From Smithella sp. (GTDB lineage: Bacteria; Desulfobacterota; Syntrophia; Syntrophales; Smithellaceae), in the NCBI GenBank assembly GCA_017993615.1, contig JAGOMJ010000002.1, forward strand, positions 13,508 to 77,507: DNA of 64,000 bases, in the 5' to 3' direction. Position numbers and translations under genes: made by a program. Below, piece after piece: positions 1 through 10,574 of the stretch; position 1 is the stretch's first letter; the number at the start of each line of letters is the position of its first letter. The notes under the pieces were generated by a model. The model worked only from the letters and a program-made list of their open reading frames with translations, was not told the origin of the DNA and ran no database searches.

Positions 1-2934
1 GATAATGTCCAGCGCCACGGGGATCTGATCGTCATCCAGAAGGTTCACGATGGACAACGACGATATTTCATCTCTTGTATAACCGACCAGATCAAGGGCG
101 GCGGAATTTGCATCAAGGAACTGCCCGTCGAAACCGACGACGAAAACAAGATCGATCGATTGCTCAAAAAGGGCGTTATATCTCTCCTCAGTTTCTTTTA
201 ATTTATTCTCCGCCTGTTTGCGCTCGGTGATGTCGCGGGAAATGCCGCCGATAACGACATCGCCGTTTTCCAGCAGAACGGGAAATTTGGTTGATTCGTA
301 TATTTTATCGTGCAGCCTTTCTTCTACGACAACCGTCGATTTTGTTTGCACGACCCTGGTGTCGTTTTCCCGAAAGTAGTCGGCCGTTTCCGGCGGCATC
401 AGCTGGAAATCGTCCTTTCCGATGATGTCTTGCAGATTCATACCCAGAAGTTCTTCCATGGCCTGGTTTACCAGGATGTAGCGGAATCGGCTGTCTTTAA
501 GATAAACCATGGCAGAAGTGGCATTGATAAATGTGCGATAGCGTTCTTCGCTTTCCCGAAGGGCAATTTCCATGCGCTCCTGATCGCTAACGTCGCGCAG
601 AATCATGCTTGTTTTGAATTTCCCTGCGCTGTCCTGAAAAACGGATGTGCTCACATCCGCCGTAAAGCGTGTTCCGTCTTTCCGGAAATGAAACAGCCGG
701 CCGCTGAATTTACCGGTTCGGGCTCTCTCCGCCAGCAAAACCTCTAGACGGGGATCGGATGTATCCACCAGTCCTGTACGTCCGGATTCCAGGATCTCCT
801 GCTTTGTCCGGCCGAACATCCTGCAGGCCGCCGGGTTGGCATCAATAATCGAACCATCCGGTCGGGTCAGCAAAATGGCGTCCATCGAGTGATCAAACAG
901 CGAGTGATATTTCACTTCATTTTCCCGGATGGCTTCCTCGGCCTGTTTGCGTTCGGTGATATCCCTCCCGACGGCAAGAACCAGTTTTTCGCCGCCGATA
1001 TCGGTTTTCATCAACTGCATTTCCATCCAGAAATGTGTCCCGTCTTTCCTGCGGGCCAGCCATTCAAATTGTTGCGGCCCTTCCTGAATCGCTTTTTTGA
1101 TAAGTCTCAGCGCTTTTTCTTCCGTATCCGGTTCCGGATTGCCGCTTCCATCAGCGAAACTACACCTGAGTGCTTCTTCCTTTGAATTGTAGCCGTAAAT
1201 TCTGATCATTGAATCATTGACATCGATAATTTTTCCGGTTTCTGCATCGTGAATAAAAATGGCTTCCGATGTGGCGTTGAAAATTTCCCGGTATTTTTCC
1301 TCGCTCGCCTGCAGCATTTCCTCGGCCTGTTTGCGTTCGGTAATATCCCGGATCACACCTTTGAAACCGACGATATTGCCGGATGAATCCTTGCGCAGCA
1401 TAATCGAAGCTTCTATGGATATCCGGGAGCCGTCTTTTCTTTTTATCGGCCAGTCATAGCCTTCTGACGGCCGTTCTGTTTTATATACTCGGTTGAACGT
1501 TTGATAAACTTTCCGGGTGGTTTCGTCATTTGCCGAAAGGCGGCTGAAATTCATCCCCCTCAATTCGTCCCGGGAAAACCCCGACATCCGGCATACCGAA
1601 TCGTTGAAGAAGGTAAAATTGCCGGCCAGGTCCACTTCAAAATAGGCTTCGCGAATGGTTTCCAGAATATTGCGGTATTTTTCCTCGCTCCGGCGAAGCT
1701 CTTCCTCCGCTTTCTTGCGCTCGGTTCTATCCCGCACGATTCCGCGGAAGGCAATAACCTGACCTGCTGAATCTTTAATGGCCGATACGGAAGTGTCTAC
1801 ATACTTTTTTTGCCTCTCTTTTGTGAATATTTCGTATTCAAAATTATTTTCCGACCCACCTGTTTTGAAGATTTTGTTGTATACATCGAATACTTTCCGG
1901 GCGGTCTCTTCATCCATCATTTCCCGGTAGCGCATTTTCAACAATTCTTCTTTCGGATATCCGTCTATCCGGCAGAGCGCATCATTGACAAAGATGAAAT
2001 CGCCCTTCAGATTAAGCTCGGCGTATCCGTCTTCAATATTCTCGATGATGGCCCGGTACCGTTCCTCGCTCTCTCTCAGCTTGTCTTCAGCAAGTTTCCG
2101 GTCGCTGACATCCCGGCAGACAAACACGAACCCGAAGGGATTGCCCTTTTTGTCCCGAATGACATCGCCATTCACCTCAAAGGGAATTATCCTTCCGTCC
2201 TTCATAACGATTTTGTATTCATCGGGACCCAGCTTGCGATCAAGCATCAGTGCTGCGTTTTTCATCAGTCTTTCATGGTCGTCGGGAGCCGCAAACAAAA
2301 CCATGTTCCGGCCTTCAATTTCCTCCCGTTGATAACCGCTTATCCGGAGAGCGCGGTCATTGACGAACAGCACGGTGCCTTCCAGGCTGGTTCGAATAAC
2401 AACGTCCGGCATGGTATCAACCAGTCTTGCATATAACTCCCTGCTGTTGCGCAACGATTCAAGCGCGGCATCTTTCTGCAACTCCGCCACCCGCTGCCGG
2501 TCTCTTATTTTTGCCTCCGCCAGTTCCCGGGTGATTGCCGGACAAAGCCGGGACAGGTTGTTTTTCATCAAATAATCATGGGCTCCCATGCGCATGCACT
2601 CGGCGGCGGTTTCCTCGCCGATGGCTCCGGATGTGACGATGATGGGGATATTGAGTTTTGTCTGCTTTAACAGAGCGATGGCCGAAGGCGCACTGAATTT
2701 GGGCATTTTATAATCGCAAATGATGATGTCCCATTGCTTTTCCTCGAGGGCCTGCGTCATGGCGGCGGCGGTTTCGATGCGTTCATAGATCGGGGCAAAT
2801 CCGCCTTTTCTCATATGCCGTATGATCAGCAACACATCATCTTCCGAATCATCGATCATCAATGCCCGCAGTTTCTGCGGACCGCTGAAGTCCGATTCCA
2901 GCCCGATTGGTTGCGATATGTTTTTTCCCTTCAT
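1..2934 (-). CDS. REC receiver + tandem PAS-domain sensor protein (N-terminal 978 aa; C-terminus lies beyond the left edge)
   Basis: Not in the ORF track because it has no stop in the window. Own translation from ATG 2934 (GGAGAGG 6 nt upstream) gives MKGKNISQPIGLESDFSGPQKLRALMIDDSEDDVLLIIRHMRKGGF..CDYKMPKFSAPSAIALLKQ, a CheY-like REC. PAS modules follow, separated by RD(I/V)(T/S)(E/D)RK.AE linkers about every 375 bp. The frame stays open to nt 1. Confidence 0.8.
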   Translation of the reverse strand, partial: MKGKNISQPIGLESDFSGPQKLRALMIDDSEDDVLLIIRHMRKGGFAPIYERIETAAAMTQALEEKQWDIIICDYKMPKFSAPSAIALLKQTKLNIPIIVTSGAIGEETAAECMRMGAHDYLMKNNLSRLCPAITRELAEAKIRDRQRVAELQKDAALESLRNSRELYARLVDTMPDVVIRTSLEGTVLFVNDRALRISGYQREEIEGRNMVLFAAPDDHERLMKNAALMLDRKLGPDEYKIVMKDGRIIPFEVNGDVIRDKKGNPFGFVFVCRDVSDRKLAEDKLRESEERYRAIIENIEDGYAELNLKGDFIFVNDALCRIDGYPKEELLKMRYREMMDEETARKVFDVYNKIFKTGGSENNFEYEIFTKERQKKYVDTSVSAIKDSAGQVIAFRGIVRDRTERKKAEEELRRSEEKYRNILETIREAYFEVDLAGNFTFFNDSVCRMSGFSRDELRGMNFSRLSANDETTRKVYQTFNRVYKTERPSEGYDWPIKRKDGSRISIEASIMLRKDSSGNIVGFKGVIRDITERKQAEEMLQASEEKYREIFNATSEAIFIHDAETGKIIDVNDSMIRIYGYNSKEEALRCSFADGSGNPEPDTEEKALRLIKKAIQEGPQQFEWLARRKDGTHFWMEMQLMKTDIGGEKLVLAVGRDITERKQAEEAIRENEVKYHSLFDHSMDAILLTRPDGSIIDANPAACRMFGRTKQEILESGRTGLVDTSDPRLEVLLAERARTGKFSGRLFHFRKDGTRFTADVSTSVFQDSAGKFKTSMILRDVSDQERMEIALRESEERYRTFINATSAMVYLKDSRFRYILVNQAMEELLGMNLQDIIGKDDFQLMPPETADYFRENDTRVVQTKSTVVVEERLHDKIYESTKFPVLLENGDVVIGGISRDITERKQAENKLKETEERYNALFEQSIDLVFVVGFDGQFLDANSAALDLVGYTRDEISSLSIVNLLDDDQIPVALDII

Positions 2935-3268
2935 GACTTATCCTCTCCTGTGACGTGGTTTACCCTCGTCCATGGGTAAGATTTTTTTGCAAACCGATTT
3001 GAATCATTGATTTGCCGGCGTGTTCCGAAACGTTTATGGCCATTTTTTTCTCGCGGATGAAATGAACAAAAAAGATATGGAAAAAACAGGAAAGGGAATA
3101 AAAATGATTTGATGTGTCCGGTACCGTATGATATCCCATAATGTCTCCGGTGAAAAAAACCGTCAGACATGAATACCCTTTCTATTCATTCCCGGTTATG
3201 AAATTTCTGTTACGTGTCATGTTTTAAACAAAAAGCAAGGCCAACCGAATCCGATCCGGCAAAAAGGA

Positions 3269-3640
3269 TCATATATGCTTGCGTATTTCGTTCAATAAAG
3301 CCTTCAAATCGTAAGGTTTGGCCATGAAAAAATGATGGCCGATCATATTTTTACGGGTTTCTTCTTCTTTTTTGGTCAATAAAGCCGTAAGGAAAATTAT
3401 GGGGATATTCCTCGTCAGAGGATCGCTTCCCAGAATATTTCCGACATCTCCTCCGCTGATGCCCGGCATGTTGATATCAAGCAGCAAAAGAGCCGGTTTT
3501 TCTTTTTTAGCCAGGGATATGGCTTCTTTCCCATTCTGAGCGGTGATGACGAGATAACCTTCTTGCGTCAAATCATTTTCAACCAGTTTGAGAAACACTT
3601 TGTCGTCATCTACCACAAGAATCTTCTTACTGTTGTCCAC
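3269..3640 (-). CDS. single-domain CheY-like response regulator
   Basis: KILVVDDD..LLLLDINMPGISG..IIFLTA..AKP receiver motifs. Start moved to GTG 3640, which has a strong RBS AGGAGGAGG 6 nt upstream; the ORF-track ATG is at 3667. Overlaps the Hpt stop by 14 nt. Confidence 0.8.
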   Translation of the reverse strand: MDNSKKILVVDDDKVFLKLVENDLTQEGYLVITAQNGKEAISLAKKEKPALLLLDINMPGISGGDVGNILGSDPLTRNIPIIFLTALLTKKEEETRKNMIGHHFFMAKPYDLKALLNEIRKHI

Positions 3641-3989
3641 CTGACACCTCCTCCTTGACTTTCTCAAAATCAGTTCTCAATTTTCCAATATGGCTTTTGA
3701 TAACAGAAATTTCCCGTTTCTCCATTGCCTCCAATTCTATTTCTTTGGCCAGCTTCTGAATTCCGCTTATTCGCAGGTTTCCCGCCGACCCGCTGATCAA
3801 GTGCGCTTGCTTGCGCATTTCCTCATAATTTTTACGGGTGACGGTTTTTTTCAGTATTTTTAAAGCGGTTTCGGTCTGCTCAACAAATACGTTTAACAAT
3901 TCATTAAACATTTCTTCGGAAATGTTTATTTCCCGTAGAGCTCTTTTCTTTTCTATCAGCAAGAAATTCCTCCGGAGAAGATTTTTCAA
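3627..3989 (-). CDS. Hpt (histidine phosphotransfer) domain protein
   Basis: 120-aa helical protein. QAHLISGSAGNLRISG fits the Hpt phospho-His motif (H-x-x-K/S-G-S). Confidence 0.7.
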   Translation of the reverse strand: MKNLLRRNFLLIEKKRALREINISEEMFNELLNVFVEQTETALKILKKTVTRKNYEEMRKQAHLISGSAGNLRISGIQKLAKEIELEAMEKREISVIKSHIGKLRTDFEKVKEEVSGGQQ

Positions 3990-4200
3990 CCAATATGAGA
4001 CGACGGAGTTACCGGGATGATTTCCCGTTGATGCATCTATCGCTGTATTATAAATTATGGCGTATAATACAATAAAATTAGCGCAGTGTATAGTGTTTCT
4101 TTGTTTCTTTTATTTGCCGGAAGATTAAATGGAATCTTTCACCGAACAGCGGGTAAAGAAAAATCCGTTAATCAACAAAAATATTTTACCTGCAGGCATT

Positions 4201-5397
4201 CTATTTTCCGGACGATGTCAAAAACTGGACGGCCTTTTCCAGACCATCGAGCGTGAGTTCGTACATGGTAAAAACCTGTCGGATCGCCTTGACTGTCGTG
4301 CTGTAATACCATTCGTCAGGAGGCATGGGATTCAGCCACACGCTGTGTGGAAAGGTTCGTGCGATGAAGCGCAGCCGCTCAATACTGGTTCCTGACGGTT
4401 TGGCGTCAACATAAATGGCGCCGTTGGGATGCATGAGTTCGTACGGAGCCATACTGGCATCCCCTACAATGATCACGCGTGTCTCAGGATCCCAGCGGAT
4501 GAGTTCGTCCACGTCCTGCGGTTTATAATAGCGCTGCGGATCGGCCCAGACGCGGCTGTAGATGGTGTTATGAAAAAAGAAAATCTTCAAATCCTTGAAC
4601 TGCGAGCTCGCGTAGTGAAAGAGGGTTTGAACCACTCCGATGTAGGGTTCCATGGACCAGCCGCCGTTATCGATAAGGAGCATGACCTTCAGGCGGTCGG
4701 TCAGACGCCGGTCAAAGATGATGTCTATTTCCCCGGCATTGCGCATGGTTTCGTAAATCGTTTTGTCGACATTCACGACATCCTTCGGTCCCGTCGGCAT
4801 CAGGCGACGCAGCCTTCTGAGCGCTTCGCCGATCTGAGACTGGGTCAGCGGTCCTTCCTGGGAATAATCGCGGTATCGGCGGTCCAGCGCCACTTTGATG
4901 GCCGAATGATTTCTGGACTCGCCGCCGACGCGCATGCCTCCCGGATGATAGCCGGAATGTCCTGTCGGCGATGTTCCGCCGGTGCCGATCCATTTATTGC
5001 CGCCGTGATGCGCTTCGGTCTGTTCCTTCAGACGCTCGAGAAAATACTGAATGAGTTCTTCCGGCGTCATTTTTTTCAGTTTGTCCTTGTCGATGCCGAG
5101 CATATCGGCCAGTTCCTGCGGATTCTGCAGCCATTCCTCCAGCATCGCTCGGGCTACTTCGTTTAATTCCACCGCCGTGGGATCTTCCAGAGAAGCATTT
5201 CTGAAGTGGTGGGCGAATATCTGATCATACGTGTCAAAATAGCGTTCACTCTTCACGAGAATCGTTCGCGCAACGGTGTAAAAATCGTCGAGGGAATGAA
5301 CCAGCCCCTTGCTCATGGCATTCTGCAGGCGCAGAAACGACGTCGGCGTAACCGGAATACCGCGGTCCTTCAGGGTATAAAAGAAATTAACGAACAC
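4201..5397 (-). CDS. VWA domain protein, CoxE-like (pair 1)
   Basis: 398 aa. N-terminus MFVNFFYTLKDRGIPVTPTSFL is typical of CoxE-type VWA proteins. The VWA core is LLIDNGGWSM (degenerate MIDAS) and IIVGDA. Lies 10 nt downstream of a MoxR ATPase gene. Confidence 0.7.
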   Translation of the reverse strand: MFVNFFYTLKDRGIPVTPTSFLRLQNAMSKGLVHSLDDFYTVARTILVKSERYFDTYDQIFAHHFRNASLEDPTAVELNEVARAMLEEWLQNPQELADMLGIDKDKLKKMTPEELIQYFLERLKEQTEAHHGGNKWIGTGGTSPTGHSGYHPGGMRVGGESRNHSAIKVALDRRYRDYSQEGPLTQSQIGEALRRLRRLMPTGPKDVVNVDKTIYETMRNAGEIDIIFDRRLTDRLKVMLLIDNGGWSMEPYIGVVQTLFHYASSQFKDLKIFFFHNTIYSRVWADPQRYYKPQDVDELIRWDPETRVIIVGDASMAPYELMHPNGAIYVDAKPSGTSIERLRFIARTFPHSVWLNPMPPDEWYYSTTVKAIRQVFTMYELTLDGLEKAVQFLTSSGK

Positions 5398-5407
5398 CGT
5401 TTACACC

Positions 5408-6259
5408 TCAACCGCGCGATTTGATAACCTGCTGGGCGGCCTGCTGTAGATCGGCGCTCTTTTTGAAAAGAACTCCCAGGAAAGGCACCCGGCCCTGATA
5501 AAGCGTTTTGGGTTTGAAATCCGGATCGCTCTTCAAAGCGCGAATCCAGTTGATGAGCTCCCGCGTCGCCGGTTTTTTCTCAACGCCCCGCAGCTCCCGC
5601 AAACGATAAAACGTGCTGATGCAGATTTTCATCAGCTCTTCATCGAGTTTGGGGAAGTGCACGGAAACAATCAGGCGCATCATATCGGGATCGGGAAACG
5701 CAATGTGATGAAAATTGCAGCGTCCGAGGAACGGATCGGAAAGATCCTTCTTGGCATTGGATGTAATGACGATCACGGGACGGTTCTTGGCCCGGATGGT
5801 TTTGTCGATTTCAATAATATCGAATTGCATCTGATCCAGAACGTCCAGCATATCGTCCTGAAAATCGGTGTCGGCCTTGTCGATTTCATCAATCAGTAAA
5901 ACGGTTTTTTTGTCGGCGGTGAAGGCCTGGCCGATCTTGCCCATTTTTATATAGGCTTCAATATCGCTGACATCGCGTTTGGAATCGCCGAAGCGGCTGT
6001 CGTTCAGACGCGTCAGTGTGTCGTACTGATAAAGCGCCTCAATTAATTTCATGCTCGACTTGACGTTCAAAACGATCAGCGGCATCTGCAGACTCTCGGC
6101 AATGGCGTGAGCCAGCATGGTTTTCCCCGTACCCGGTTCGCCCTTGAGCAAGAGGGGCATTTCCAGCGCCATGGAAACATTGACAATTTTTGCCAGTTCA
6201 TCGTCCAGAATATACTTGGATGCGCCGCCGAACCGGGAATTATTTTTTTCTGAAAGCAT
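5408..6259 (-). CDS. MoxR-like AAA+ ATPase (AAA_5 type, pair 1)
   Basis: Walker A GEPGTGKT, Walker B LLIDEIDKA, 283 aa. Confidence 0.8.
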   Translation of the reverse strand: MLSEKNNSRFGGASKYILDDELAKIVNVSMALEMPLLLKGEPGTGKTMLAHAIAESLQMPLIVLNVKSSMKLIEALYQYDTLTRLNDSRFGDSKRDVSDIEAYIKMGKIGQAFTADKKTVLLIDEIDKADTDFQDDMLDVLDQMQFDIIEIDKTIRAKNRPVIVITSNAKKDLSDPFLGRCNFHHIAFPDPDMMRLIVSVHFPKLDEELMKICISTFYRLRELRGVEKKPATRELINWIRALKSDPDFKPKTLYQGRVPFLGVLFKKSADLQQAAQQVIKSRG

Positions 6260-6398
6260 GATCTACTCCTGTTGCCCTTGATTTAAAACGCAAAACGTCC
6301 GCAAAGGGCTGATGTGAAATTTACAACAATAGATTTTCTATACGATTGTTCCGGAAAATACCAGTCGTTTTTGCCTGAGCGCCGGCCGATGAAATTAC

Positions 6399-7895
6399 TC
6401 AGAGTTTGAGGGATGGTCGTCTGTTAAACCACGGGTTGGCTTTCTCCAGTTGAGCCGCCAGCCGAAAGAGCGTGGCTTCGTCGCCGAAAGGAGCAACAAA
6501 CTGCACGCCGCAGGGCATACCCTGTTCATCCCAGTGCAGAGGAATATTCATCGCCGGCTGACCTGTAAAATTAGCCAGTTGTGTAAAAGGAGTCTTGGCA
6601 AGCGTCTTGATGGCGATTTGATTCACCATCCCGGACACTTTCGCGAGAGAACCGAGTTTCAGGACGCTGAATATTTTCATGGCTGCTTCTTCGTAGGACT
6701 TCGGCATAAGTTCTCCGATTTTTGCTGCCGGATAGGCCACGGTCGGCGTCAGATATAAATCGTAGTCGAGATGGAATTGTCCCATGACTCTGGCAGCGAC
6801 ATCCCATTCCCGGATGGCCGCCACAAAATCCCCCGCGCTGTAACAGCGGCCTAGTTCACCGAAAAACCACGTGGTGATTTCAAAATCCTTTCGGCCGACT
6901 TTCTTTCCCAATACAGCTTCAGCCCATTTAATATCCGCGGCATTTTCTCCAAAATAAAGGATGAAATAGGTATGAGCCAGTTTGACACCGTCAATATCCG
7001 GTTTGGCCTCTTCCACGTTATGTCCCAGATTCTCCAGCAGCTTGGCGGTTTTGATCACGGCATCGGCGCAGGATTCGTGCGTGCCGGTGCCCAGCGGAGA
7101 TTCCGTATTGAAGGCGATTTTCAATGAACCGGGGGCCCGGTTTATTTCTTCGCTGTAGGGTCTTTCCGGCGGTTTGATATCATAAGGCGATCCCGGCTCG
7201 TCGCCGAGCGTGGCATCAAGCATCGCGGCGCTGTCGCGCACAGAGCGCGTCAAAACGTGTTCCACCACTGCGCCCTGCCAGAGTCTTCCGTATTTCGGCC
7301 CCGTGGGAGTCCGGCCTCTGGTCGGCTTCAATCCCACCAGCCCGCAGTAACAGGCCGGAATGCGAATGGAACCGCCTCCATCGCCGCCTGAGGCGATCGG
7401 CACCATACCCGAGGCCACTGCCGCAGCCGATCCGCCGCTGGAACCGCCGCTCGTTCTCTCCGTATTCCACGGATTGCGCGTCGGGCCGAACAGCTCCGGC
7501 TCGGTAATGCCCATCAAACCGAATTCGGGCGTATTGGTTTTTCCCAGCGTAATCAGTCCCGCCTTTTTGAAACGTTTGACCAGTTCGCTGTCATAATCCG
7601 GGATATAATCTTTATAGGCGCGGCAGCCCCAAGTTAACCGAACACCGGCAAAGGCGCTGATCAAATCCTTCAGCAGAAACGGAACCCCGGCAAACGGACC
7701 ATCTGCCGTATTTTTTTCTGCGGCATCGCGTCCGAAATCGAACATCGGTGTGACCACGGCATTCAATTCAGGGTTCAATTTCTCAATGCAACGGATCGCT
7801 TCTTCGCAAAGCTCCCTCGGCGTTACTTTTTTCTCCCGGACGAGCGCAGCCAGACCTAATCCGTCATATTGATCATATTCAGCAAAACCGGCCAT
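6399..7895 (-). CDS. amidase-signature family amidase
   Basis: 498 aa with the amidase signature [14 protein letters not shown] and a conserved KD..GxxT context. Confidence 0.85.
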   Translation of the reverse strand: MAGFAEYDQYDGLGLAALVREKKVTPRELCEEAIRCIEKLNPELNAVVTPMFDFGRDAAEKNTADGPFAGVPFLLKDLISAFAGVRLTWGCRAYKDYIPDYDSELVKRFKKAGLITLGKTNTPEFGLMGITEPELFGPTRNPWNTERTSGGSSGGSAAAVASGMVPIASGGDGGGSIRIPACYCGLVGLKPTRGRTPTGPKYGRLWQGAVVEHVLTRSVRDSAAMLDATLGDEPGSPYDIKPPERPYSEEINRAPGSLKIAFNTESPLGTGTHESCADAVIKTAKLLENLGHNVEEAKPDIDGVKLAHTYFILYFGENAADIKWAEAVLGKKVGRKDFEITTWFFGELGRCYSAGDFVAAIREWDVAARVMGQFHLDYDLYLTPTVAYPAAKIGELMPKSYEEAAMKIFSVLKLGSLAKVSGMVNQIAIKTLAKTPFTQLANFTGQPAMNIPLHWDEQGMPCGVQFVAPFGDEATLFRLAAQLEKANPWFNRRPSLKL

Positions 7896-8038
7896 GTTCG
7901 GACACCTCCATCATTCCGTCTTTTAATGATTTGTTTATCTCTTAACCGTCTGATCCCGGACAAAAAAACGATGCCGCTTGTTCCTTTGCATTTCAGTATC
8001 GGCAAGACCCTATTGCAATTTCATTTTCACAATGCCGA

Positions 8039-8794
8039 TTACAAATCTTTTTCCGCCAGGCCTTCGACAAAAGCCAGAACATTTTTCCCCAGGACAGTGT
8101 GATTGTAGCCGCCTTCCAGAATACCGAAGCATCCGCCGTTGTTCCGCCGGGCGGCCTCTCTCACCAGTCCGCCCATGTATTGGTAGTCTTCGGTCTTCAG
8201 AAGTCCGCCCCAGTCGTCCTCGTGATGGTCGAAACCGGCGGACACGGCAATCATATCGGCATCCGTTTCGGCAAGACCGTTTTGAACCTGTTTTAAATAG
8301 TCATTACGATTGGACCCTGTCGGATTAAGAATCGTCACATAATCCTTACCTCCCAGAATATTCACATTTCCGTCACCGAAATGCAGATCGAAATCCAGAA
8401 TAAACGCTTTTCTGATTTGACCTTCCCGTTTGAGTTTTTCCAGCGCTATCGACATGTTATTAAAATAACAAAATCCCCAGGCGCAGCCGGAAGACGCGTG
8501 ATGACCGGGAGGACGAATGAGCGCAAAACAGGGTTCCGTCAACCCGATCTGCGCCGCCTTGATCGCGCCGCCGGCGGCCAGCGCGGCAATATCGTAAACG
8601 CCTTCGCGCTCGACGGCCCTGACATGATCGGGTGTATGCACGCTGAGAATGTCTTCACGGGATGCCGCCGCCGGTTCGACAAACGTCACTTTGCCGCACA
8701 GGATTTTTTCCACCGCCTGAATTCTTCCCAGCGCGGAAGCGGGATCGGAAGAATAAACTTTGTTGTAATCTTCATGGTAAACAACTTTCATCAC
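8039..8794 (-). CDS. Zn-dependent deacetylase of the histone deacetylase/AcuC/Aph superfamily (short form)
   Basis: RPPGHHA, DFDLHFGDG, SAGFD and EGGY motifs. Only 251 aa. Confidence 0.75.
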   Translation of the reverse strand: MMKVVYHEDYNKVYSSDPASALGRIQAVEKILCGKVTFVEPAAASREDILSVHTPDHVRAVEREGVYDIAALAAGGAIKAAQIGLTEPCFALIRPPGHHASSGCAWGFCYFNNMSIALEKLKREGQIRKAFILDFDLHFGDGNVNILGGKDYVTILNPTGSNRNDYLKQVQNGLAETDADMIAVSAGFDHHEDDWGGLLKTEDYQYMGGLVREAARRNNGGCFGILEGGYNHTVLGKNVLAFVEGLAEKDL

Positions 8795-9013
8795 ATCCTC
8801 TTTTCCCGGCCTGTTGCATCATTTCTTCCTAAACTATTGGAAACATTTATTGTATTTTCGGCTAGAGATCACACGCTGATAGTTTCCGAAGATTTGTCAT
8901 CAGCGGACGGGCCGTGGTTCGCTTCTATCAAACGATCATCCCTGGCCGTCATGGCCTTGAAGCCGACACAACGCATTTGCGGATAAGGGGCTGCCCGGAG
9001 CATCCGCCATTTT

Positions 9014-9784
9014 TTACTTTAGTTTTACGATAAATGAAAAACGGCTTTCCATCCAGGGATCCTTCTGCCCGTCAAAAACCTTCTCCGCAAACCGGATATG
9101 TCTGTTTTTCCCGATCAGCAAGACCGTCGACGACCTTGTACCGTAAACCGGACTTTCAATAAAAATGGAGGACAACAGTCTTTCCCATTCCAGACCGATT
9201 CCCGTGGAGGGAAGTTTTTGATCCGGAGGAATCCGACGGTCGGCCAGCATGGAAAACAATGCGTCTTCCAGAGCATCGCCTTTCTGCATCAGCGCGGTCT
9301 TGAGCATCCGTTTGCTTCTGGATACTTTCGGCCAGGGCGAATTCAAAAGATGATTGCTTAACCCATAGATGCCGGGTTTCAGCTTTTGCGCTTTTCCGCG
9401 ACTGGAAAAAACAAATACATCCCGTTTATCGCCAAGAAGCAGATTAAACCCGTTGTAGTTAAAAATATCCGAGGCAATCTTTTTCAGGTAGTTTCCCGGA
9501 TCTTTATTCCCGTTGAGGTAGCTGCTGACAAGCAGGCCGCGTGACAGTGCATTGCTTTTTAAGGAGGACGGGTCGCGATAATTCGTGACGGCAGCGAATC
9601 GCCCGTCTTTCGTTATGCCCAGCCACGTTCCGCCGCTTTTCAGATCGCGGCCGGCCAGCATCCGCGGATGATCTTTCCAGAAGCCCGCCGGCGATGACGG
9701 CCTTTCATAAAATTCATCGCGGTTGGCGGCCAGAACCAGCCTGTATGACGGATGCACATTATAGGCAAAAACGATCAGACACAT
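9014..9784 (-). CDS. NRDE family protein (DUF833 / TANGO2-like)
   Basis: N-terminal MCLIVF and LAANRDEFYERP (NRDE motif), 256 aa. Confidence 0.8.
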   Translation of the reverse strand: MCLIVFAYNVHPSYRLVLAANRDEFYERPSSPAGFWKDHPRMLAGRDLKSGGTWLGITKDGRFAAVTNYRDPSSLKSNALSRGLLVSSYLNGNKDPGNYLKKIASDIFNYNGFNLLLGDKRDVFVFSSRGKAQKLKPGIYGLSNHLLNSPWPKVSRSKRMLKTALMQKGDALEDALFSMLADRRIPPDQKLPSTGIGLEWERLLSSIFIESPVYGTRSSTVLLIGKNRHIRFAEKVFDGQKDPWMESRFSFIVKLK

Positions 9785-9806
9785 GGGGTTTCATACCATC
9801 CGGAAG

Positions 9807-10574
9807 TCATGTCATGATTTCTTTTAATCGGGCGACGATTCTGCTCAGCGTATCTCCCGCCGGTGCATTGATGAATACGTCGGCGATATCGTTCTGTCCC
9901 GTCTGTCCCATATTCACAATGACGATCTTCGCCCCGGATTGTTTGGCATACAGCGGCATGTACGCCGCCGGATAAACCACCAGGGAAGAGCCGATCACCA
10001 TGAACAAATCGCATTTTTCGGATTCCTGCTCGGCCATCCTCAACGTATCCGGGGGCAGCATTTCACCGAAAAAAACAACTCCCGGTTTGAGCAACCCCGC
10101 ACATTTTTCGCAGATCGGAAAATGATCCGGTGAGGGATGCTTCTGCCTCATCATTTCCAGATCGTAGCGTTCAGCGCAGTCCAGGCAGACCAGCCACTGC
10201 ATATTGCCGTGCAGTTCATGAACCTTTTTCGGGTCATTCCCCGCCCGCTGGTGCAGATTGTCAATATTCTGCGTAATGATTGAACTTAACTTGTTCATCC
10301 TTTCCAATTCGGCAATCGCCAGATGCGCCCTGTTGGGTTGGGACGTGGTCATCAATCCGCCTTCCACCAGGTAGTACCAGACCTTTTTGCGCGTCTCGCC
10401 GGAACGCAAGTACCGGTCGATCGTGAAATCTTCGGGATCAACCTTCGTCCAGAGACCGTCGGGCCCTCTGAAATCCGGAATACCCGATTCCGTGCTGATG
10501 CCCGCTCCGGTAAAAATGACGGTTTTTTTCGATGCCGCGATCATTGCCGCGACCAGATTAATTTTTTCTTCCAT
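9807..10574 (-). CDS. cobB: NAD-dependent protein deacylase, Sir2 family
   Basis: GAGISTESGIPDFRGPDGLW, Zn-ribbon cysteines CLDC..CEKC, ELHGN. The start overlaps the tyrA stop by 17 nt. Confidence 0.85.
   Translation of the reverse strand: MEEKINLVAAMIAASKKTVIFTGAGISTESGIPDFRGPDGLWTKVDPEDFTIDRYLRSGETRKKVWYYLVEGGLMTTSQPNRAHLAIAELERMNKLSSIITQNIDNLHQRAGNDPKKVHELHGNMQWLVCLDCAERYDLEMMRQKHPSPDHFPICEKCAGLLKPGVVFFGEMLPPDTLRMAEQESEKCDLFMVIGSSLVVYPAAYMPLYAKQSGAKIVIVNMGQTGQNDIADVFINAPAGDTLSRIVARLKEIMT

Noticed and set aside
310-2575. Plus-strand ORFs at 310-747, 889-1185, 1259-1459, 1501-1770, 1810-2436 and 2360-2575.
   Set aside because: They are the reverse frames of one long minus-strand REC+PAS gene. 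That gene is missing from the ORF track only because it runs off the window.
2931-3170. 79-aa minus-strand ORF in the spacer between the RR gene and the PAS sensor gene.
   Set aside because: It is Phe-rich and low in complexity, it has no RBS, and it overlaps the start of the sensor gene. It is most likely promoter/UTR sequence.
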